Position numbers and translations under genes: made by a program | Notes under the pieces: generated by a model | What the model saw: the letters and a program-made list of their open reading frames with translations, nothing else | The model's database searches: none | What the model was told of the DNA's origin: nothing | Assembly: GCA_003427395.1 (NCBI GenBank) | Contig: BFEA01000044.1 | Coordinates: 2,975,793 to 3,037,740, forward strand | Direction of reading: 5' to 3' | DNA: 61,948 bases | From: Chara braunii | Taxonomy: Eukaryota; Plantae; Charophyceae | Part shown: positions 1 through 10,361 of the stretch, piece after piece | How positions within the stretch are numbered: position 1 is the first letter of the stretch | Layout of the letters: each line of letters begins with the position of its first letter

Positions 1-79
1 CACAGGCCTGTGTTATATTCGGGGTAGGCCAGTCCAGGCCGGTACCTCTGTCGGTACCAGCCAGTCCAGTCCAGTCCCG

Positions 80-1624
80 TCAGTCCGCTGGGGTATACCC
101 CAGCCACTGTCTGTTTTCAGTCTCATTCCTTACTTGCACATTTTGGAGTACGTGCGTTGGAGTCTTGCGTGGGGAGCTGCGTTGTGCCATCTTGCTCCCC
201 CCTTCTTCCTCCATCTGCATCTCTGTCACTAGCGGAGCACCACACCTGGTGGGTCCGCTACAAGCCCCCACCAGCGATCGCTCCATCTCAATGTCATACT
301 CAGCCTTGATGTGCACAAGTGCAATGCAATCCTCCTCTGTGAAGTTGTCCACCTTTGAGCACCACTTGCCTTTCGCTGCGAGAGAAGGCTGATCAATGTC
401 TTCTTCCTCCGAATCGTCGTCGTCAGATTCGCCATCGCCTTACGGCATGACAGCAGACGACAGCGAATTCGACGCCGCCCGTTTCGGATTCGTGGCCTTT
501 GACGGTGTACGAGTTTCATTGCCCTTGCCGACTTTTGCACGTTGTTCCTTCGCGGGTGTGGAAGCTTTCGCACTCTTGTCTCGCTGCTCCGACGTTGAAC
601 GCTGCTGGATCGGCGGACCCGGCAAATCATCCGGAACGAGCCGGATGTGCATTCCACCTTCCCCGAATTCGTGGCATGTCCATCCAGCGTTGTTGCTGTA
701 CCGCGCGGCCGTATGAGCGGTAGAAGATGACTGTTGGGACGAGAGCCCATACCCGTCTGACCCATTGAACACGGTGTCGCCTGCACACATCGACGACCTC
801 ACCCGGCCAGCCTGTTCCGAGCCATACCCACCTCCATTCGGCGGGGGGCTATCCGGCAGCGCCTCCCGCTCGCCGTGACGCTGTTGAATGCCATGACCAT
901 AGCTGGACTGGGTTTGTCGCAGTCCCGTATCACCTCCCGCAGAAGAATGCAGATACTCCTCCCGCCCGCCGTGACGCTGTTGATTGCCGTGGCCATAGCT
1001 GGACTGGGTCTCTCGCAGTCCCGGATCACCTCCCGCAGAAGAATGCAGATACTCCGTTCGGGATGCACACGCTGTCCATGCAAGCTAGTCACCGGACAAG
1101 TTTTGCTATCGCCTAGAAGGAGCAAAGCGTGTTCCGGACTGGCCAACATTGCTGTCGTCCTCCACATCCTCCAGCGACGGCGCTCCTCCTGTCACATATG
1201 GCACCGTCGTGCCAGTCATGATGCTTGAGCCATACTGAACTGGATAGTTGCGATTGCCCTGCACTGGCATGTCATCCGGAAGCGGCTGAAGGTGCGGAGG
1301 GATGCCTGCTCCGTTGCGCTGGCCCTGCACTGGCGTGTTGTCTGGAAGCGGTTGAAGGTGTGGAGGAATGCCTGCATCGCCGTCCAAAGTTGCTCTCCAC
1401 GATGGAGCAGGGCCGTTGTGCCGAGAACCCAAGTGAACGTCCTCCGACACCTGTTGGAACATCCTACGTGGAGGAAGCCCAACAGCACCATCGACGGACG
1501 GTCCCATACACACCCCGGGTGTCATTGGCGTGAAGGGGCTATCGTTCAGGTCTTGTAGATGTGGCATGACGTTGCGCCCCGGTGCCCGTCCCTGCTGTCC
1601 TGCGCCACGCATGCAGCCATCCAT
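80..1624 (-). pseudogene. Long disrupted reading frame: low-complexity N-terminus ending in a Myb/SANT(trihelix)-like first helix; possibly the DNA-binding ORF of a PIF/Harbinger-type transposon
   Basis: ORFs 1106..1963, 440..802 and 80..352 share one frame and join through three in-frame stops (TAG, TAG, TAA) from the ATG at 1624. KVDNFTEEDCIALVHIKAE resembles the N[WF]T.EE...L helix-1 motif. Family assignment is inference. Confidence 0.45.
872..1378. repeat. Two in-frame internal duplications within the pseudogene (~96-bp period 872-1055; ~66-bp period 1256-1378)
   Basis: GCCGTGACGCTGTTGA...GAAGAATGCAGATACTCC x2; GCCCTGCACTGGC...GATGCCTGC x2 (peptide AGIPPHLQPLPD..PVQG x2). Confidence 0.85.
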
Positions 1625-1942
1625 GGTCTTCGTACGTTGCCGACGATGACGAAGGACACTTGCCAGCCTCAAGGCAAAGCGGAGGAGACGAGAGAACACA
1701 ACGCACACGAACACCAAGGCCAGCCAAAGTGTCAGGCCGATGTAAAGCAGCAACACGAGATCGGGCGCAGAAAGCATGGCGAGACAACTGCATAAACGGA
1801 AAGATACACAACTTCCAACGCGAGCATAGACTGCCGCGTTCGGGAGGCACGCAGTGTGGTGCCTCCTCATGTAAATGCGAGTTCTTATCCATGGCCTCTG
1901 CGCACGGCCCGCCCCAGCCCATGCTTCGATCCGACAGCGAGG

Positions 1943-2336
1943 TGAAGGTCCGCGCTCGAGCACTCAAGAAATCAAAAAAAAAAAAAACGAAGGTGAATCG
2001 TCCGCTGGAACACGGAAAGATACACCGCCACGTTTGATCCTCCTCTAGAACATCAGCGCCTGTGTTTGATCCACCTCATCCCGCCTCTGTTTGATCCGCC
2101 TCTATCACATCAGCGGGTGAAGGTCCGCACTCCACCACTCAAGAAATCAAAACAAAAAAAAACAAGAGTGAATCGTGCGCATGGAACACAGAAAGGTACA
2201 CCGCCACGTTTGGGCACCTCCGCCATCGCTCCTGAAGGTCCGCGCTCCACCACTCAAGAAATCGAAAAAAAAAAAAAAAAAAAAACAACGAGAGTGGATC
2301 GTCCGCTGGAACACGGTAAGATACACCGCCACGTTT
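1943..2336. repeat. Three ~90-100 bp direct repeats with internal A-tract (possible transposon subterminal repeats)
   Basis: GAAGGTCCGC..CACTCAAGAAATC(A)n..GTG.ATCGT..GGAACAC..ACACCGCCACGTTT at ~1944, ~2119, ~2234. Confidence 0.85.
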
Positions 2337-3002
2337 GTTGTCTTTTGCACAATGTGATGTCCATAGTAGTGGAGAGACCCGAGATTAGCACATCAAATTC
2401 GATCCCACACGTCAACCTTTGAAAGGCTTCCTCCGCACCTTATTTCCACCACCACACCCTCACCGAGATGACGACAATCGCAAACGAACAGTACGGTGCG
2501 CTACAATGCGCGCGAAACAGGTGGAACGAGCCAAAGGGATAGATGGAGTGGGCAGATGGATTGCATCCTGCATTTCGATCAGAGGGCAACCGATCGAAAC
2601 GCGGTGAAGGATGTATCTTGCACGCGAGTTCAGTAAGTAGAACATGTAATGCGTGATTGAAGATATGTCGATGACATTTTTTTTATTTTTTTTTTAAGGA
2701 GAAAAAAGCGAGTTTGGGCATTGCTTGTCACGATGGGCTTCGCTCCACTGTCTCCACTTGCCTGAAGGACAAGGCGCGCCACCTTCGCCACGGACAAGGG
2801 GCGCTTCAATGGCGCCAACAACAGCAAATTAACGTGGGAAAATGACGGGCTGAACAGCACGAGGTGTGCGCCATAGCCATCTGCCTTGGATGGGAGCGCA
2901 TTCGCCTTCTTCGATGGGCTGCTGTCGAAACTGCCCCGCAGTTGCCCACCAACACGAAATGGCACGCACTGCGGAGGACGGCGCTTCCACGGACCCCGCG
3001 CC

Positions 3003-3207
3003 NNNNNNNNNNNNNNNNNNNNNNNNNNNNNNNNNNNNNNNNNNNNNNNNNNNNNNNNNNNNNNNNNNNNNNNNNNNNNNNNNNNNNNNNNNNNNNNNNN
3101 NNNNNNNNNNNNNNNNNNNNNNNNNNNNNNNNNNNNNNNNNNNNNNNNNNNNNNNNNNNNNNNNNNNNNNNNNNNNNNNNNNNNNNNNNNNNNNNNNNNN
3201 NNNNNNN
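3003..3207. other. Assembly gap
   Basis: Run of N. Confidence 1.
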
Positions 3208-4329
3208 CCACAAGTTGTACAGGCCCGATCCTCACTCGCTTTCCGCCCCTTCGCCATCGGCCACACTCCGCAGCAGCCCCCATCTCTCCACCTTAACCGA
3301 AAACAAGGAACAGTGCATGCCATTTTTGAAATCACGGTCCCACCACGGTGGGACCATGCACGCTAGTGTGAACAACAGCCCTTCACGAGTGCTCTTGAAG
3401 CACAAAACGACGGCCAGCGCATGTGTTGTCCGTCTAAACCCGGCTCGCTCTTGGAATCGGGCGGCCTTTTAAGAAACTGTCCGACCTCCCTTGCAAAAAC
3501 GGGAGTTGCAGGCAGGCGATCAAGAGCGCTCGTGAAGGCTACCTGACAACTCATGAAATTTGTTTTCTAGAGTGACGCGCCAAGAGTAGTGCAGCGACGA
3601 CAACTCTTGTCACTTGCAAGAGTGACATCTGACAACTCTAGGTTCACGAAACGGGCGCCGACTTCACGAGTAAGTGCAGCGGTGGCGCGCTCATGTAAAT
3701 GCTCGTTTCAAGAGTAGTGCAGCGAGGCCCTTGGTGTTTTTTGATTCCTACATGGAGGCTCGCAACAGTCAGAGCTGCGGCAGAGCCTCTACCAGGATGA
3801 ATAGCATGACTGCAATCAATAAATTTCTCTTTGTAGATCATCTCCAGTATGACCTGCATAGGTTTTTTGACTATTTTAAGTAAGACTGAAAAACTAGGTT
3901 GAGGTCCCACCTGGCACGAGTTGTGGTTCCCAACCGTAGATTGCCAATACGGAGACCCGCCCCCAAACCCCACACATGCTCTTTCTTTTTTTCCTTGTCT
4001 TTTCAATATCAGTTCCCAGCCTGTCAGGGTTGCATTTTTCACGGCCTGTCAGGGTTGCATTTTATACACCTGGAAGCTTTCAACATTCATTCAAGGTCCA
4101 GTGGCATTTTGGTTTGGGGCGCATTTGCACAGGTAGAATGGAAAGGGCATAAAAAAATAAAAAAAATAAAAAATAAAAAGAACAAGAAGAAGAATGGAAA
4201 GGGCAAGTACCCACTATCGGGGGTCGAAATGGTGCTTGCAATGCAATGTGGATGCATTGAGCGCCTGATGCAGACCATTTCAGACACCTATTGTCTGCCC
4301 TGCAAGTTTGGTGGAGAGGCAACTAACTC

Positions 4330-4373
4330 TGTGTGTGTGTGTGTGTGTATGTGTGTGTGTGTGTGTGTGTGTG
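4330..4373. repeat. (GT)n microsatellite
   Basis: Direct reading. Confidence 0.95.
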
Positions 4374-4374
4374 G

Positions 4375-5067
4375 CTTGTGACGCTGACGTGTGACACTCG
4401 TGTTTTTGTATGGCATACAAAATGCAATAGGTATTGAGAAGCGGCGATGATGAGCACACTTTTTCAGAAAATGTAGGCCTCGATGATTGCAACGAGGTGT
4501 ACAGGTACGAAAAATTGATAGAACGTTGTGCGCATTAGCGAGACGTGCGCTCGGATGATTAGAACTAGTAATAATCCCCCTCGACCGCCAAGGTCGAGGG
4601 ATCGGTTTAAATAAATTAACTGCCCACGAAGGTCAGCGACACATATGTACACTAAGGGGTTAGTACGACGGCGTGCCTAAACCTGGCGGCATGATTAAAA
4701 TAGTTTTCATATCTGGGTCGGACGAGTTTTCATCACGACACGTGTTACAAATTAGAAATTAGTAGAAAACCCTCGACCACGAAGGTCGAGGAGTCGGTTG
4801 AATAAAATCGGGCAATGGTAGGCATCTGAGTTTAAGGTTTGGTATTGTAGTCCGTTTAAAGCCAAGTATGGTGTCGTGCCAAATACCCTTACAAAAGTAC
4901 TTGGCCTGCTTTTTGCAAGTCACGCCCGACGCGGCCTCGATCGATGTCGGCGGCACAGGCGCGGGGAAACGTTGAGTCCCCGCCTAGATGGGCGGCGCGA
5001 GCAGTGTCTCAACAGTGAAGGGCAGCCCTCTGAAGCCTATGCACCGCATCGAGGCCATTGACAACGG
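4375..5067 (+). mobile_element. Older LTR fragment of the TGTCG...CGACA superfamily, into which element A inserted
   Basis: Patchy similarity to the reverse complement of 24190-24365 (ACGCT..GTGACACTCG; AAAAAT.G.TAGAA; AGTAATA...C.TCGAC...AGGT.GAGGG). TGTCGTGCCAAATACCCTTACAA at 4872 resembles the family LTR start. Confidence 0.5.
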
Positions 5068-5634
5068 TGTCGGGGCAAATACCCTGACAAGGGTATTTGT
5101 CGAGGGTTTTTGAACGTCGAACGTTGTCCGACTTTTTCTTGTTGAATTGAAGGACTTGATGAGACTGACGTTTGCCAAAGTTTATTCAGACCTGACCTAT
5201 GACTGAGAAACTAAAAGTTTTCAGACTTACGTTCGAACGCGTGTGGCGTCCGGAAGCAACGGTTGTGAATGGCAATGCTTCGTTTTCATCGAAGCCGCAC
5301 AAGCGTGTGAACATGGGGACGCTAAAGTTAAACCCTATCTAAAATAATGTCGCAGCCTCGCGATTCAGGTTCTAAGTAGGCTGAAAAGGGTAGCCGCGCT
5401 AGATGTTGGCTCGCGATACGAGGGAAATAAGAGGGCCCGGCCACGGGGTCTACTCCGTACAGAGGGCCTGATACCGTTTTGCGATTGGCCGGGGGCCACC
5501 GAGCTAAGCCGCAAAGTTGGGCCGCCTCCCGAGTTGACAAGCGACGCGGCTAGAGGTGAGGCAAGCCGAGCCTGCCCAACTATGGCAGGTGGACCTACGG
5601 GGAGGCAACTCTTCTTATAGAAGAGTTGCGGTCT
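5068..5634 (+). repeat. Element A 5' LTR, left piece
   Basis: Starts TGTCGGGGCAAATACCC; clearly homologous to 44905-45444 with many substitutions. Confidence 0.85.
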
Positions 5635-8113
5635 TGTGACGCCCAACCTCACGCCCAGCGCGATTTCCTGATCGGAGTAGGATGTGGGCCTGGAAGCGCG
5701 AAAAGGGGTGTGCCAAGGATTTTTGGAAAGTGGGGGTGGAGTCCCAGGTCAGAATTGGGATCTCCTGTGGCAGAGTTTTTCGGGGGCACGAGTGCAATTT
5801 GGCGGAGAGGGCGAACCGCCCCTGGTCATAAGGCAGATGGCATGCTCGGGTCACTCAAGGTCGGGCGAGCCATTGGTTCCGAGGATGGCGGTTTGCGGGA
5901 AGGTCCCTTCGGGGTAGGTGGGGTTCCGACGAGTCAGGCCGTCGGAAGTTGCCACGTAGCGCCGATCGTCGCACGTTTGGGTTAGGCCTCCGGATTCCCG
6001 GGGTTCTCGGATCGCCACGTCGTCCGCAATTTCCGCAGGGTGTACTGGGCCAGTAGGGGGCTATGGCCTTCCACAGGACGACGCTGAGTTGGTGATACGG
6101 AAGAAGAAGGCGGAAGGGAGGGAAGTTGGTGGAGATAACGACAAAGTCGGGGTGGGTGAAGTAGTGGGTGTGGTCCTGAGTGGGGAAATCAGAGCACCGG
6201 GGTCGCTAGTGGTGGCGCAGTGAAACTCCCTATGACACAGTCGGTTCTCGGTTAGGCAAGGGTATCTCTGTCCGAGGATTTCGTTTATCCAAGGGGTGAA
6301 GTAGTCCGGGTCATACAACAACGACTCCGAGCTCTCTGAGCGTGTCATTATATCATCGCAGAGCTATGAGATGCCTAAGGGCGGATCTGTGCCGATTGCG
6401 ACAACCGTGTGCGAGCACGTGCAAGCCACGAGAATCAAGTCGCGTTTACTCGTGTTCGTACGGGATGACTGCTCCGTCGCGGACCCTGGATGGTCGCGTC
6501 CAATCAGACAGTGCTTCTGCAATCGATGGTCCTTTTTGGGATTGACGAATCGATGCACGGGGGTACGTGTAAATGCGCAACTCAGATCGCGTCCTCGCGC
6601 GGCGTTCGCTGGGCCAGATATCCGATTGTCTAATGATTTCGTAATTTTTTTGCATGCAAGATGCAACAACCACAACAGTCCAATCAAAAGATAAGCAAAA
6701 ACGAGAGCAGGATTTTCGATTGCACAAAATTCTTATCCTACTCATAAGTGCATCAAAGGCAGTAAACAAAGGCAAAGGCAAGGATCCGGTAGAAAGACAA
6801 ACAACCAAACATGGCATTCATACATCCATTCGTTCAGCAACACACACATAGTGCATCTGAGGTGGAAATCGCAAATACAAGTATGAGCAAAAACCCAAGT
6901 CCGGATTCCGAAAAACAGAAACGGACAAATCACCCGAAGCCGAAATCAAAATTTATGTACACGAGACAAGAGGGAGAAAAAATAAAAGAAACAACAAAAC
7001 CGTGTCCATCAACCTCACTCCTCTTCCTTTCTCTCTCTCTCTCTCCGATGCGGACAGTCCGTCGTCGCGCACCAACCCACGAAGCCGTCACCCCGCTTAG
7101 TCCTCCCGCACCCGTCATGTTCGCCCGCGCCCACAGTCCGTCGTGGCCCGCATCAACCCCACGCGTTTGGCACCAGCTCGTCGGGTCGCCCGTCTCCGAC
7201 TCTACTCACCTCTTACTTCGCTCGTGTGCCGACCCTCTCTAATCGCGCAACCCCGAGCTTCCAATAGCTGGTTAAGAAAGCTAACTAATCGCGCAGCCGA
7301 AATTTATAGCGTGCATGCATGCGCGAAGAACACGGAATTACAAAGACTTAAAAGGGAGATTAGAGAGGGAGCGCCTGCGTTGTGTATGACCGGGCCGTGG
7401 CGTGGGGGACGTAGCCGCTCTCCACACAGCGATCCGATCATGCAGACCGTGACTACCAAGATCGCAACAAAAGAAAGAGAAGAGGGGCGGGAAGGACAAA
7501 GCACAAGAAGAAGAATACAGTTACAATGGCGCCAATCCAAAATTACAGTTACACACCCGATTAAAGGCGCCGACTAATCAGAATTCCGTTGCAGCCGCAT
7601 AAAGAAGCGCATAGGCAAAAGGCGTCGCGCGGCAAAAGAAGGTCCTAATTACAAAATTCCTAAATTCCTATCTAATGCGAAAAAGCGAAAAGCACAAGTT
7701 CCGGGAAGAAAGTCTGAAATTCCGAGAGTCATCGGGGCTCGACAAAATTCGAAAAAGAATTCGAAGAAAAATTCGAAAAGAAAATTTCAAAAAGAATGAA
7801 GCAAAATTCCCGCGCGATGTCCGCGCCTAAAAAATTCCGAAACCGAAACAAAAGAAACGACGTCACCATTTATTAATCTCGCGCTTGGCGGCGCGCCAGC
7901 CATCCACCCAACCAATCAATCGCTCATCCCGGGACACGCCCAGTTCCGAACCTCGCCCTCGAAAAGGAGACGACGAAAAACACAAAGAAGCGAGGGTACT
8001 GATGCAATTTCCCACTGAACCCGATCTCCCGTGATTGGCCCAACCTTCCCAGCTTAGGACCCCTCATTGCAATCGTGCAGAAAGTCGCGCGCTACAGAAA
8101 GTGGCTCGTCACA
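5635..8113 (-). repeat. Element B 3' LTR
   Basis: TGTGACG...CGTCACA terminal inverted repeat; collinear with 28464-30939. Confidence 0.9.
7303..7308 (-). promoter_or_regulatory. Candidate TATA box of the B LTR (second copy at 30123-30128)
   Basis: CTATAAATT on - strand conserved in both LTRs. Confidence 0.5.
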
Positions 8114-8833
8114 TATGTGACTCCCAGTGGGTTCCAATATTAGCAAGCTCCTGCTTGCTTGTTGACACGTGTCGATTTCTCTAATTGATCGACATGTGGA
8201 GCTCTTCTCCATATGCCACTTACCGTTCGAATGAGTTGGACGTTGTCCAACGTGGCAACACAGCTCTACTACTAATTCCTCAGAAAGGGCCATTGACAAT
8301 CCAAGGAGGGGATTACACGTGTCGTTGTCATGACGCGTGCCCATCAGTCCTACATCAGCGAGCGCCAGGGAGGGGAAAAGGGAGACGGTACATGGAGGGA
8401 TGGAGAGGGGGAGGGTTGATAGGTAGCGGGGGAAGGAAAGCTCTCAATTCCTGGCACCATCTCCGGGAGTTACTGATAGCGAACGATCCGGTGAAAGCGG
8501 GGGAATCGGTTGCCAGTGGGGGGGGGGGACGCAAGGTAATCGGCGTAGAGGGTGGTAAAGGTTCGAAAAAGGGCCGCGCGGAAGTGATCGTGGTTCTCGC
8601 ATGTGGGGGTAGTCCCCATAATCATGCAGTATACCTCGATCATATTGTGGCCTTGCCACGTGGCACTAAGGAAAAGGATATGGAGGCAAAAGACAGGGAG
8701 GGCGCATCGGGTGGAAGGGTGGGGATGAACAGTGACAGCAAGGCGGGTAGTGTAGAAAAAGCGGAAGGTATCGATGGGGAAGGGATTGTCGGGGAAAGTG
8801 ACGCGAGTGGTAATCTGGCGGAAAGAGAGGTGG

Positions 8834-9882
8834 TCAAGGGGACGGCGGGATAACGACCGGGGACGAAGCCCGATGCCCCGCATCGGTACGTGGACGAGTT
8901 GGTGGGCGGTCGGTGGCGGAGGGGGAGGGGGATCGGCTTCGTCGCCGTCTTGCCGGTGCGGCTGAAGTCTCGGCAGCTGTCTCTCCATCCTCAGGCTTAG
9001 GTGGCTCTGGATCCCGGGTTGGATCGTCAGTGAGCGGCTGGCTGGCTGCACTGGCGAATTCCAACTGCCGCTTCCCGACCACGATCTCTTCCCTCTTCTG
9101 CGCCGGGGCCTGCGCCCGAGCCTCGTCACGAACTTCCTCCTCAAATCCTTCCCACTCCGACTCTTCTAACTCCTCCTGGTCTCCTTCTTCTTCTTCCTCC
9201 TCCTCCTCACTTTGTTCGCCTTCGCTGTGCTCACTGTAACTCCCTTCTTCGGGAGTTTCTTCCTCATCGACTTCTTCTTCTTCCGAGCTTTCTTCTTCCG
9301 CTTCAATCTTTTCCTCCTCGTTCTCGGATCTTGAAAAAAGGTGAGATCGACTATTTCGTGCGGGTCCAGATAACCGCGCCGTGACGGTGGGTTGCGGCCG
9401 CTTTCCGGTTCCTCCAAGCACGCCGGCCACTGAAGATATGGCGCCAAGGTCCGCGAGAGAACGTGCGAGACTGGGCTGTCGTCGCTCTGCGAGACGATCT
9501 CAAGTGGGAGATCGTCGGCCAACTGCGCAAGGGAGACCGTTAGCTCCTGCACGATCAGTTGGCGATGATCGGGCCGCACCGATCCGAAGAGGAATCCGAG
9601 CAGATCGCCCTCGGTTTCCGTTCGCCACGCCTGGATGATAAGCAGCTTGAGGTCCTCGGCCCACTCGCGGTGATCCCCGTGACGCGTCCACGTGACCTTT
9701 ACTCCGACCAGACACACCGACAGCTCGGCGAAGTGTTCTCGCCAACGCCTCCACTGCTGGGGATCAAGGAGGGGGACAGAGAGTGATTCCAGACAAAAGG
9801 AGAGATGCGGATGGACTCCGGACTGCCAGAAGGTGGAAAAGAAGGAGGGGAGGTCGGAATTGAAGATTGGGGATGGGTTCAT
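8834..9882 (-). pseudogene. Element B extra ORF3b (~350 aa, unknown function; folded N-terminal part then acidic/Pro-rich tail), one frameshift near 9330
   Basis: ORF 9166..9882 (...WRTETEGDLLGFLFG...FFQD) continues into the 8834..9430 frame (SENEEE...PPSP); its ATG overlaps the preceding stop (ATGA 9882-9879). Confidence 0.65.
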
Positions 9883-10361
9883 TGAGGATGGGGGAAGGGG
9901 ATGAGCTCAGGGAGCACCACCGCCGGCTCGTGCTGGAAGGTTCGGATCCCGTCGAGGTGGACGCCGTCTGTGGGAAAAAGGTTATCCCCGTGGGGCGTGA
10001 GCCAACGATTCCACTCCGACGCCAACTGTTGCGCCCACAGCCGGAGCGTCGTCTTGATAGTTGTATGCCGCAGCGGGCTGATGGTGCTGATGTCGCCACT
10101 GAAGGCGACCATCGTAGACACGTGGCTGATTCCAGGAGCCGATCACCGATGAACTGCTACCGCCTCCGCCAACACAACCGCCCGGGGACTGCCTGCAAAG
10201 CGAAACTCAGCGGCTGCGTACACTCCCTGGGTACATAAGAATTGCGCAAGTCGCCGAAGGTCCGTGTTGAGCCGCGGATGATGAACTTGTCGGATCGCCG
10301 AGATGTAACACCGTGGCACCAACAGAGGATCGCCGAGAGCTCGCTCCGTAAGAAAACTCAT
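9879..10361 (-). pseudogene. Element B extra ORF3a (~160 aa, unknown function), one internal TGA at 10145-10143
   Basis: ORFs 10143..10361 and 9879..10121 are in frame; ATG overlaps the pol stop (ATGA 10361-10358). Confidence 0.5.

Noticed and set aside
2630-3472. ORFs spanning N runs (also 56840-57466)
   Set aside because: Open only because of assembly gaps
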